DNA of 64,000 bases from Syntrophales bacterium (GTDB lineage Bacteria > Desulfobacterota > Syntrophia > Syntrophales > UBA4778). Made by a program: the position numbers and the translations under genes. A model generated the notes under the pieces. It was not told the origin of the DNA, did not search any database, and saw only the letters and a program-made list of their open reading frames with translations. Below, piece by piece: positions 28,502 to 37,334 of this stretch (its first letter is position 1; the number at the start of each line of letters is the position of its first letter). The DNA lies in the NCBI GenBank assembly GCA_963665615.2, contig CAXXQE010000006.1, forward strand, positions 248,001 through 312,000, read 5' to 3'.

Positions 28502-30505
28502 ATGTTCGAAGCGATCCTGACCATCAAGCAGAACTGCAGGCGGTGTTTCACCTGCGTCCGGGATTGTCCCGCCAAGGCGATCAAGATCGTCGAGGGCCAG
28601 GCCTCGGTCGTGCCCGACCGCTGCATCGCCTGCGGCAACTGCACGGTAGTCTGCTCGCAGGACGCGAAGATCTATGCCAACGGACTCATTCATGCCGAGG
28701 CAATTCTGCGGGGAGACTCTCCCGTGGCCATTCTCCTTGCGCCATCGTTCCCCGCGGAATTTCCCGGTTCCATACCGGGTCGCATCGTAAGCGCCCTCAA
28801 GACCACCGGGGTCGCCCATGTGGTGGAGGTCGCTTACGGTGCGGATCTGGTGAGTCGCGCCTATCGCGACTTTCTCGACAGCCATCCGGAGGGCCCCTGG
28901 ATCGGCTCCTCCTGCCCGGCTATTATCGAATATGTTCGCAAATATCAACCGAACCTGACCGACCGGCTGGTGCCGATCGTCTCTCCGATGATCGCCACGG
29001 CCCTCGCCGTCAAGGCGCTCTACGGCGATGAGACCCGCTGCATCTTTGTGGGGCCGTGCATCGCCAAAAAACTCGAGGCGCGCGATCCGTCTCTGCCGCG
29101 CGTTGTGGACGAGGTGCTGACGTTCAAGGAACTCAAGGCGCTCCTGGATCGAAAAAACATTCAACCGGCCATGTGCGACCCGCTGCCGTTCGATCCGCCC
29201 AGGGCGGGCATCGGACGGGCTTTCCCGTTAAGCGGCGGACTTCTCAAGAGCGCCCGGCTGGAGGTGGACCTGCTGGATACCGACATCGTCACCATCAGCG
29301 GACAGCACGAAGTGGCCAGCGTCCTATCTGCAGCGGCCCGCCGGGAGATTGCGCCCTACCTGATCGAGCCGCTCATGTGCCGCGGCTGCCACGACGGTCC
29401 CGGCATGAGCAGCCGCGATCTTCAGTTCAACCGCCAGGATCTCGTCAAACAGTATGTCAATACCTGTCGCCGTGAAACAGAAGAGCCCGTTACATGCCCC
29501 GTGGGCGTCGATCTTGGCAGGACATACCGGACAGACGACCATCGGCTGAAGGAACCGACGGAGCAGGAAATCCGCAACATTCTCGCGTTGACCAACAAGT
29601 TTACCGTCGAAGACGAACTCAACTGCCGGGCATGCGGTTACGATACGTGCCGCGCCAAGGCCATTGCCGTTTATCACGGTCTCGCCGAAGAGGCGATGTG
29701 CCTGCCCTTTATGATCGAACAGGCCGAACGGGTCTGCCACGAATTGGGCATTCCCTGGGGAGAGATCCGCCAGGTCCACCGTCACCTGATCAACACGGAA
29801 AAACTCGCCTCCATGGGACAACTGGCGGCAGGCGTGGCCCACGAGCTCAACAATCCCCTGGGAACCATCCTCCTCTATACGAACCTGCTTCAGAGGAAGA
29901 TGACAGACCGGACCGACCTGGCGCACGACCTCGCGTTGCTCACCTCGGAGGCCAATCGCTGCAAGAAGATCGTCGGCGGCCTGCTCGATTTCGCACGCCA
30001 GAATCGTATCCGCCTGGAGACGGCCAACGTCGCGGCGCTTCTGCGGCAGTGCATCGACACCGCCTGTCCGCCGCCGATCCTTCAGGCGTCAGGCATTCGT
30101 ATCGTTCTCGACGAACCCTCCGGAGAAGTGCTGTGCGACCTGGATCGCGACCAGATGGCGCAGGTCTTCGTCAACCTGCTGAAGAACGCCCGGGAGGCCA
30201 TGGAGGCGAAGGGTGGCGAAATCCGGGTCAGCGCTGAAACACTCCCCGACAATACCCGCGTCCGGATCGCCATTACCGATCAGGGCTGCGGCATTCCGCA
30301 GGAGGATCAGGAACGAATCTTTCAACCCTTTTTTACGACCAAAGGCATCGGCAAGGGGGTCGGCCTGGGACTGCCGATCTGCTATGGAATCGTAAAAATG
30401 CACTATGGAACCATCTGGTGTCAGTCGGACGCCGGATCGGGAACGACATTCTATATTGAACTGCCAAAGACTCAGGCTATGGCAGGAAGGAGCATATTGT
30501 CATGA
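28502..30505 (+). CDS. Putative sensory [FeFe]-hydrogenase-like domain fused to a histidine kinase (2x[4Fe-4S] - H-domain - FeS - HisKA - HATPase)
   Basis: CRRCFTCVRDCP and CIACGNCTVVC. LAPSF, VEVAYGADLV, GSSCPA, GPCIAKKLE, EPLMCRGCHDGPG. ELNCRACGYDTC...MCLP. AHELNNP, NLLKNA, DQGCGI, FFTTK, GVGLGL. Confidence 0.9.
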   Translation: MFEAILTIKQNCRRCFTCVRDCPAKAIKIVEGQASVVPDRCIACGNCTVVCSQDAKIYANGLIHAEAILRGDSPVAILLAPSFPAEFPGSIPGRIVSALKTTGVAHVVEVAYGADLVSRAYRDFLDSHPEGPWIGSSCPAIIEYVRKYQPNLTDRLVPIVSPMIATALAVKALYGDETRCIFVGPCIAKKLEARDPSLPRVVDEVLTFKELKALLDRKNIQPAMCDPLPFDPPRAGIGRAFPLSGGLLKSARLEVDLLDTDIVTISGQHEVASVLSAAARREIAPYLIEPLMCRGCHDGPGMSSRDLQFNRQDLVKQYVNTCRRETEEPVTCPVGVDLGRTYRTDDHRLKEPTEQEIRNILALTNKFTVEDELNCRACGYDTCRAKAIAVYHGLAEEAMCLPFMIEQAERVCHELGIPWGEIRQVHRHLINTEKLASMGQLAAGVAHELNNPLGTILLYTNLLQRKMTDRTDLAHDLALLTSEANRCKKIVGGLLDFARQNRIRLETANVAALLRQCIDTACPPPILQASGIRIVLDEPSGEVLCDLDRDQMAQVFVNLLKNAREAMEAKGGEIRVSAETLPDNTRVRIAITDQGCGIPQEDQERIFQPFFTTKGIGKGVGLGLPICYGIVKMHYGTIWCQSDAGSGTTFYIELPKTQAMAGRSILS

Positions 30506-30906
30506 GCAACACAAAAAAAATTCTCTTTGTTGACGATGACCGGGATTTCCTCACCAGTCAGTCGATCTACTTCTCCAGCCGGGGCTACGATGTCCTGACG
30601 GCCGAGGACGGCCAGGAAACCCTGAAACTCCTTGAACAAGAGACACCCGATATCATGATCCTCGATCTGATGATGGAACACGCCGACTCGGGGCTGGCGC
30701 TGGCGCGCAAGATCCGGTCCATCGATCGTTTTAAAGGCGTCCCCCTTGTCATGCTCTCGGGGGTGGCGTCCTCAACGGGCCGTCGTTTCGATCGGGACAC
30801 CGAGGAACTCAAAAAATGGTCGAGCCTGGACGCCTTCCTCGACAAGCCTATTACGGGCGTACAGCTCCTGCGGGTGATCGAAGAAAAAACGGCCACTGCA
30901 AAGTAA
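30502..30906 (+). CDS. Stand-alone response regulator receiver
   Basis: ILFVDDD, PDIMILDLMM, VMLS, LDKP. ATGA overlap with the upstream kinase. Confidence 0.9.
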   Translation: MSNTKKILFVDDDRDFLTSQSIYFSSRGYDVLTAEDGQETLKLLEQETPDIMILDLMMEHADSGLALARKIRSIDRFKGVPLVMLSGVASSTGRRFDRDTEELKKWSSLDAFLDKPITGVQLLRVIEEKTATAK

Positions 30907-30936
30907 CGTGAAGTCGTTTCGGGAGGAACCGTCGCA

Positions 30937-32406
30937 ATGAAAAAGGGAACCATCCTCGTCATCGACGATGAATACGGCATCCGAACGGGCATCCGCCAGA
31001 TCCTAGATCTGGAGGGCTATGTCGTGGAAGAGGCCGAAACGGGCCAAGCGGCCTTGGCCGCCATCGGAGGAAGCGCCTTCGATGTGGTCTTGATCGACTA
31101 TCGCCTCCCCGACATCGACGGCCTCACTCTCTTGCAGGCCATCCGGTCGAAGGCCCCGGAGGCGATGACCTGTATGATTACGGCCTACGCGAACATCGAA
31201 ACCGCCATTGCCGCGACCCGGCAGGGATGCGACTTCTTTCTGCCGAAGCCCTTTTCCCCCGACGATCTGATCGGGGTCGTTGAATCCCTGCTCAGACACA
31301 AGACGCTCCGGGCAGAGACGGCGCGGTTGAGGCTCGCCCACGAGGCCAGCCTTTTCGAGCTGGCCTCTGAGAAAAGTCAGACCCATTCGCTGGTCGAGAG
31401 CATGCGCGACGCCGTCCTGGTTGTCAACCGCAGCGGAGAGATCGCACTGGTCAATCGGGCCATGGTTCAACTGCTGGCCACCGACGAACAAAAACTGCTC
31501 AGACAGCCCGCGGGCCATGTCCTCGCCACGTCCCCTTTTGCGCCGGTTCACGAGGCGCTGTCGGCCCCTGTAACGGGAAAGAGCGTCTTCGACATCGAGA
31601 TTGGGGATCGCCGATACATGGTCAGTCTCACCCCCTTCTACGCCGACGACCGCACGATTCTGGGACATATCCTGACGGCATCGGATATCTCGGAGATGTA
31701 CCGGCTGACGCTCGAAAAGACGCGCTTTATTCGAACCATGATTCACGAGTTTCGCTCGCCGCTCGGCGCGATCAAGGGCATGCTGGAAGTTGCGCAGGAC
31801 CGGAGTCTCGGCAACGACCTGGCGCCCTATCTGCCGCTGCTGGAGCGAGCGGAAAAGCGTCTGGACGGTTTGACGGAATTGATCGGCAATCTCCTGTCGC
31901 TGGCACAGATCGAGATGGAGGACCGCAAGGGCCCATCGCCGAATCCAGTGGCTGCTGCTGCCGTGTTGAACGAGGTCTGGGAACTCTATCGGGCTCAGGC
32001 CGAAGCCAAGGGCATCACATACGAGGTCACTGTAGAACCGGGTCTTCCCGGCGCCCTGATCGCACCGGACGATCTGCGGGCCATTTGCCTTAATCTGCTG
32101 GGCAATGCAATCAAGTACAACCGGGATCGCGGCGCGATCCGTGTCGGCCTCGAACGCTGCGACAGCGATCTGCGCATACGCGTCACCGATACGGGAATCG
32201 GCATCCACGCGGACAATCTTTCGAAAATCTTCGATGAATTCTACCGGGAGAAGAAGCCGCAGACTCGCGCCATCGAAGGAAACGGGCTAGGGCTCTCCAT
32301 CGTGAAGCGTTTGGTGGAGCGCGCCGCCGGACGACTGCTCATGAGCAGCGTGGAGGGCGAGGGATCGACCTTTGAGGTGTATCTGCCGATGGGGCAGGAA
32401 AAGTGA
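30937..32406 (+). CDS. Hybrid REC-PAS-histidine kinase
   Basis: ILVIDDE...LIDYRLP...FLPKP, PAS (SMRDAVLVVNRSG...VNRA), HEFRSPL, NAIKYN, DTGIGI, GNGLGL. Confidence 0.92.
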   Translation: MKKGTILVIDDEYGIRTGIRQILDLEGYVVEEAETGQAALAAIGGSAFDVVLIDYRLPDIDGLTLLQAIRSKAPEAMTCMITAYANIETAIAATRQGCDFFLPKPFSPDDLIGVVESLLRHKTLRAETARLRLAHEASLFELASEKSQTHSLVESMRDAVLVVNRSGEIALVNRAMVQLLATDEQKLLRQPAGHVLATSPFAPVHEALSAPVTGKSVFDIEIGDRRYMVSLTPFYADDRTILGHILTASDISEMYRLTLEKTRFIRTMIHEFRSPLGAIKGMLEVAQDRSLGNDLAPYLPLLERAEKRLDGLTELIGNLLSLAQIEMEDRKGPSPNPVAAAAVLNEVWELYRAQAEAKGITYEVTVEPGLPGALIAPDDLRAICLNLLGNAIKYNRDRGAIRVGLERCDSDLRIRVTDTGIGIHADNLSKIFDEFYREKKPQTRAIEGNGLGLSIVKRLVERAAGRLLMSSVEGEGSTFEVYLPMGQEK

Positions 32407-32410
32407 GGAA

Positions 32411-32475
32411 GTAAACAGCGGCTGACGCCGCAGTCAACAGTGAACGGTAAACAGTGAAAGGTAACGAGTGACAAG
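32411..32475 (+). repeat. GCGGC-TGAC-GCCGC hairpin with heptamer tract (GTAAACA/GTGAACG/GTAACGA/GTGACAA), copy 2
   Basis: Direct reading. Related to 2613-2648 and 56109-56184. Confidence 0.65.
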
Positions 32476-32517
32476 AAAAAAACAGATGACGCTTGACGTG
32501 TTGTTCAGCAGGCTGTT

Positions 32518-32697
32518 GAGCTTGTCCTTAAATAACGTTGCCCGGGATCGCGCCCGGATTCGCGTCAGATTTTCCCGGCTCGATTGAGCAAAACCGCAGG
32601 CGTAGCAGCGCTACGTTGAGGATTTCGCGATTGAGACACGGGGAAAAATGGCGTGAAGATGGGATGCGAGATGGCAAGGTTATTTACGGATAAGCTC
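32518..32697. mobile_element. 180-bp non-coding MITE-like element with 25-bp imperfect terminal inverted repeats
   Basis: GAGCTTGTCCTTAAATAACGTTGCC (32518-32542) vs reverse complement of 32673-32697, GAGCTTATCCGTAAATAACCTTGCC (22/25). Central CGTAGC-AGC-GCTACG hairpin. Confidence 0.72.
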
Positions 32698-32731
32698 TAA
32701 AAGTCCAGAGCCCCGGGTAACTCTGGCACGA

Positions 32732-32766
32732 TTGACTGCGCGGCTCCCCTCAAGCCGCGCAGTCAA
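32732..32766. terminator. Perfect 14-bp hairpin between convergent operons (possible bidirectional terminator)
   Basis: TTGACTGCGCGGCT-CCCCTCA-AGCCGCGCAGTCAA. No long U-tract. Confidence 0.45.
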
Positions 32767-33316
32767 CCATCTTTCAGTATAGGCCTTGCGCAACCCATAT
32801 TTTGGCAGGCTATTTACAGGGAGCGCATTTCCGTAAGGAAGGTGCAATCAAAACAACAAATTCCTTACCGGCAAAAGGCTCAGCGGTTAAGGGATAGTGG
32901 GAGAAGGCCAGGAAGGAGGGGGGAATCCCAACCTTCTCCCAAAATCGAACATCCAGCGCCTATCCCGTTTTCTTCCGCATTCGCATGCCTATGAAGGCGG
33001 GCGGTTATTGCCCCTATGCGGCCCTACGGACGACCTCCCGAATCCGCGGCCACATGTCGCGTTTTAACTCACTGATAGAGGAAAGTGCTGTCACCGCCCT
33101 GCCACCTGTTTCCCCAGATCGCTGACGATACGGCATTGCCGTCGTTCCTGAGCATATTTGCCGCCGCATTCTGCTGCAGCCTCATGAACAACCGCCATTT
33201 CATGCGTGCCGCTTTCCCCGCCGATTTCCTGAGGTATCTTGATGACATGGTGCATCTCCGCTTATCTTCTGGTCTGACTGTTGACAAGTCCCCTGTTCCA
33301 TCAACCCCGTACACGG

Positions 33317-35203
33317 TTAGAACTCCTTAAAATGCCCCTCGTGCATGGGGATGATCGCTTCGGGATCAACCTCGCGACTCGCTGACCGACGTGCTTGGTG
33401 CGGAAGGGCTTTTTTTACTTCCTTCACAGCCACAGCAGGAGCGGACGGGGCTTTGACACGATGCGTGCTCTGGACTACCGCACGGGTTTCGCCGGATCCA
33501 CCAACAATATCAGCCAGGACTCTGGAAATCTGTGACATCTGATCCGCCTGGGCATTCAGTTCTTCAGACGCAGCTGCTGACTCTTCGGCGTTGGCTGCGT
33601 TCATTTGCGTCACTTTCTCCATCTCCGAAACAGCCGTGTTAATCTGATCGATCCCCTGTGCCTGCTCCTTCGATGCCTGCGCGATTTCACTGATAAGCGC
33701 GGCAACCTTCGAAGAACTATCCGAGACCTTGCCGAAAGCATCATTGGTTTTGACGACCAGTTCAGATCCATCTTTTATCTTGTCCACGGTGCCCTCAATC
33801 AAGGTCGCCGTATTCTTTGCAGCCGCCGCTGCCCGAATAGCCAAATTTCGAACTTCTTCAGCGACCACGGCAAACCCCGCTCCCGCTTCACCCGCGCGCG
33901 CTGCCTCTACAGCGGCGTTAAGTGCCAGCAGATTGGTCTGGAACGCGATTTCGTCGATCGTCCTGATGATCTTGGAGGTTTCGACACTGGCTTCCGATAT
34001 GTCCTTCATCGAATGCGTCAAGCCATCCAGAGAGGTATTGGCATTAGAAACGATCTGCTGTGTCTGTCGCATCATCGATTCCGCCTGGACTGAATGATCC
34101 GCGTTCCGTTTGGTCATCGCCGACATTTCTTCCAGAGACGAAGAGGTCTCTTCAATGGAGGACGCCTGTTCAGAAGCACCTTCGGCAAGCGACTGGCTGG
34201 CCGCAGACACCTGGCTGGCGGCTGCAGACACCTGGTTGGCCCCTTCACTCATCTGCACAACGGCGTGCTTGATCGAATTGGAAATCCTTCTGGCAAAGGC
34301 GATAACGCAGACAACCGTAATCGTCAAAAAAATCACGACGGCCAATGCGATATAGTTACGGATCGAGCGGGCACCGGCCAGAAATTCGTCTTCATTTTGC
34401 GTGACGCAAACGCTCCAGCCCGTCAGCGGAACCGGCGCCGTTCCTGCGATCTTACGCACCCCTTTAAAGACATAGTTTTCAACGCCGCTCTTGCCGGACA
34501 TCATCAACTTGGCGATATCCTCCATACCGGCAACGGTCTTGAAGTCCAGTGCCAGAATATTTGCTTTGTCCGGATGCGCGACGCAGACGCCTTCTTTGTT
34601 CGTCATGAAGCCGTATCCGGTCTCCCCGTTTTTCGCCACGATCTTTTCAGAAAGGAAGTCGATATCAACCGGGACGGCGATAACGCCTAGCACCTGACCG
34701 TTCTTCATAACAGGCGCGGCGACCGGCGCAACCGGCTTTCCAGAGAACTTTGATTTAACAACAGCCCCCACGCTGGCCTTTCCCGCCTTTGCGTCCTGGA
34801 CATACGTCCGGTCTGCCATGGATACACCCTTGCGGCTTCCACCCGCGCTGTCGGCAACAACGATTCCCTCGGCATTGGTCATCACGACGGACTCGTAACT
34901 CGTCCCTGTAGCGGCTATCGCAGCGGCCAGGAACCGGTTCATGTCTTCCGTCTTGCCCGTCGTAAGCGCCGTCACGGCCTCGTTGCTCGCTGCAATGGAC
35001 TTGGCCACATTCAGTTCTACCTTGAGAACATTTTCTACCATCTCGGCCAGCGCCCGAGCATGCTGGGCTGCTTTTTCTTCGGCCGCATCCGTGAGATAAC
35101 TGGATGCCTTCATAGAGGCTATAACCCCTACGATTGCCAACGGCACGAGAACGGCTGCGACGCCACCCGCAACCAGTTTGAATGTAAGCGTTCTTTTTTT
35201 CAT
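33317..35203 (-). CDS. Methyl-accepting chemotaxis protein with extracytoplasmic Cache domain
   Basis: Two TM segments flanking DRTYVQDA...GETGYGFM...VAHP. Signalling hairpin [40 protein letters not shown]. Confidence 0.95.
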   Translation of the reverse strand: MKKRTLTFKLVAGGVAAVLVPLAIVGVIASMKASSYLTDAAEEKAAQHARALAEMVENVLKVELNVAKSIAASNEAVTALTTGKTEDMNRFLAAAIAATGTSYESVVMTNAEGIVVADSAGGSRKGVSMADRTYVQDAKAGKASVGAVVKSKFSGKPVAPVAAPVMKNGQVLGVIAVPVDIDFLSEKIVAKNGETGYGFMTNKEGVCVAHPDKANILALDFKTVAGMEDIAKLMMSGKSGVENYVFKGVRKIAGTAPVPLTGWSVCVTQNEDEFLAGARSIRNYIALAVVIFLTITVVCVIAFARRISNSIKHAVVQMSEGANQVSAAASQVSAASQSLAEGASEQASSIEETSSSLEEMSAMTKRNADHSVQAESMMRQTQQIVSNANTSLDGLTHSMKDISEASVETSKIIRTIDEIAFQTNLLALNAAVEAARAGEAGAGFAVVAEEVRNLAIRAAAAAKNTATLIEGTVDKIKDGSELVVKTNDAFGKVSDSSSKVAALISEIAQASKEQAQGIDQINTAVSEMEKVTQMNAANAEESAAASEELNAQADQMSQISRVLADIVGGSGETRAVVQSTHRVKAPSAPAVAVKEVKKALPHQARRSASREVDPEAIIPMHEGHFKEF

Positions 35204-35264
35204 CTTCCTTCTCCCCTTGCTGATGCTTTAATCCCTGTTTCCCCATCCGAACCGCAGAATCGCG

Positions 35265-35666
35265 TCAGACAGAACATGTTTTCCCAGCTCCCCAAGCTGG
35301 TTGATGGTGAAAAATCCTGTTTACGACCGCCGCAACATCCACAAAATCGCTCTGTCGATCACTGATGAATCGAGGGTGCAACCGGTGAGCTCGTGCAACC
35401 GTATCCGGTTCGGTATCCGGCAGGATAAGAACGACCTTCACCCCCTCCAACAGATCCCTGATCTCGATCAGGGCATCCAGTTCGCCGCTGGACATTGCGA
35501 ACAGAATGGCCACCCGTAGTCCTAAAACGGGCTGCTTGAGCCGACTCGCTAAATCGTCGATCGTGTGGCACATATCCGTTTTTTCTTTCGGCATCAGCAG
35601 CCCGATTACTCTGAGCAAACTCTGTTCGGCGCGCTCTTTTTTTGTCGAATAAATAACCAGTGGCAT
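35265..35666 (-). CDS. Conserved hypothetical protein (possibly degenerate receiver-like fold), co-oriented with the MCP
   Basis: Alternating alpha/beta pattern (VAILFA, KVVLILPD, LHPRFI). ATG 35666 lies downstream of a sigma54 motif. Confidence 0.55.
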   Translation of the reverse strand: MPLVIYSTKKERAEQSLLRVIGLLMPKEKTDMCHTIDDLASRLKQPVLGLRVAILFAMSSGELDALIEIRDLLEGVKVVLILPDTEPDTVARAHRLHPRFISDRQSDFVDVAAVVNRIFHHQPAWGAGKTCSV

Positions 35667-35707
35667 TTTCCGGGTCCATTTCTTGAACATTCTGCAACGA
35701 TCAATAA

Positions 35708-35723
35708 AGCAACGACCGTACCA
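35708..35723 (-). promoter_or_regulatory. sigma54 (-24/-12) promoter
   Basis: Minus strand reads TGGTAC-GGTCG-TTGCT. Adjacent to a sigma54 activator gene. Confidence 0.7.
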
Positions 35724-35877
35724 GAATGAGAGAAATAGCATAATACCGTCATATCAATCGGTTAAGATATTTCAGGGCGGGGGGGCTGGATTTTTTGTCT
35801 GATGGGGTCGGAATATGTCTGAATAAATTAGACTGGGTCTATTGCCGGAAGACAACCGGAAGAGAATAAGGATGGTT

Positions 35878-37317
35878 TTAGTTGGAGACGTCGATCCCGT
35901 ATTTTTTGATCAACTGGTAGAGACGGGCCCGTCCCAGGCCTGAGATCGTACAGGCATGACCGATCTTTCCGCCGGTTATCATCATGAGTCGCTGCAGATA
36001 GGCCTTTTCTTCCCGGGAAAAGACAGCATCTCGATGCTCCTTTAAGCTTGGAAGGGAGTCGGAAGGCAATTCCGACAAGGGGACAACGTTTGGTTTTTCG
36101 CGATCAACAGGACGAAGCGCCGGTTCCTCCTGTTTTTTGGTCAGATTTTCCCCGATCAGTTTCACCCGAATATAGGTGGGCAGATGTTTGGGAAAGAGGA
36201 TGCTTTCGTCAGTCGATGTGGCAATGGCGCTCTCCATGGCATTGACCAATTCACGAACATTGCCGGGCCAGTCGTAACCGAAGAGGACCTCGATAAACTC
36301 CGGCGAAAACCCTTTGATCTCCATTCCCTGTCGCTGACAGACCCTGTTGACATAGTAAAAAATCAGGTCTCTGATATCTTCGCGACGTCCCCTCAGGGGA
36401 GGCAACTCAATACTGAAGGCCCGCAACCGGAAGAGGAGATCCTCCCTGAATTTCCCCGTCTTCACCATCTCATCGAGATCCCGGTTTGTCGCCGCAATGA
36501 CCCGAAAGGAACTCTGAACCTCCCGTTTTGCGCCGAGCGGTCGGAAACAACGCTCTTGAAGGACCCGCAAAAAGGACTTCTGGGCGCTCAGGGGGAGATC
36601 CCCTAACTCGTCGAGAAAGAGCGTCCCGCCGTCGGCCTGTTTAATGAGCCCCTCCTGCAGTCGATCGGCGCCGGTAAAAGCGCCCTTTTCATGCCCAAAG
36701 AGAATGCTCTCAATGAGCGTGGGAGGAAGCGAAGCGCAATCGACGGTCACAAAAGGCATGGCCGCGCGAGGGCTGTTGTCATGAATGGCCTGGGCAAAAA
36801 CCTCCTTGCCCGTTCCGGTCTCGCCTGTAATCAGCACATTGGCATCGCTCACAGCCGCCTGCGCCACCAGATCCAGGCACTTATTCATCGTGGCACTGCT
36901 GCCGACAATCGCGTTGCGCTTCAGTACCATTGGCGCGGCTCGCTGGTTTTTCGCCTCCCGATACTGCATCGCGCGCACCAGAGGAAGCTCGATCAAACTC
37001 CTTTTAAGCGGCTTTTCGATAAAATCCCAGGCGCCGTTGCGGATGGCGAGCTCCGCCGCGTCAAGACTGCCAAACCCCGTAATGATGATGACCTCCGGCT
37101 CTGAAGCAACGGCATGAAGGCTCGGCAACAGAAGGAGACCGTTGCCGTCCGGCAGTTGGACGTCGAGGAAAATCACATCAAAACCGTCTGACTGCGCAAC
37201 CCGTAATCCCTCCGTTGCCGTGTAGGCACAGGACACCTCGTGACCGAGGCTGGCGATCATATCACTGAGCACTTCAGCGTTGAATTGGTTGTCGTCGACA
37301 ATCAGGACTTTCCCCAT
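35878..37317 (-). CDS. NtrC-family sigma54-dependent response regulator
   Basis: REC (VLIVDDN, FLDVQLP, IEKP), AAA+ (GETGTGKE, GAFTGA, LFLDE, WPGNVREL) and C-terminal HTH. Confidence 0.95.
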   Translation of the reverse strand: MGKVLIVDDNQFNAEVLSDMIASLGHEVSCAYTATEGLRVAQSDGFDVIFLDVQLPDGNGLLLLPSLHAVASEPEVIIITGFGSLDAAELAIRNGAWDFIEKPLKRSLIELPLVRAMQYREAKNQRAAPMVLKRNAIVGSSATMNKCLDLVAQAAVSDANVLITGETGTGKEVFAQAIHDNSPRAAMPFVTVDCASLPPTLIESILFGHEKGAFTGADRLQEGLIKQADGGTLFLDELGDLPLSAQKSFLRVLQERCFRPLGAKREVQSSFRVIAATNRDLDEMVKTGKFREDLLFRLRAFSIELPPLRGRREDIRDLIFYYVNRVCQRQGMEIKGFSPEFIEVLFGYDWPGNVRELVNAMESAIATSTDESILFPKHLPTYIRVKLIGENLTKKQEEPALRPVDREKPNVVPLSELPSDSLPSLKEHRDAVFSREEKAYLQRLMMITGGKIGHACTISGLGRARLYQLIKKYGIDVSN

Positions 37318-37334
37318 GGCAGCTGTTTCTCTCG

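Noticed and set aside
32820..32900. Possible c-di-GMP-I riboswitch (TTCC-GTAA-GGAA then GGTGCAA)
   Set aside because: The conserved GGCAAAC and receptor-stem elements are not recognisable, and no gene lies downstream in that orientation.
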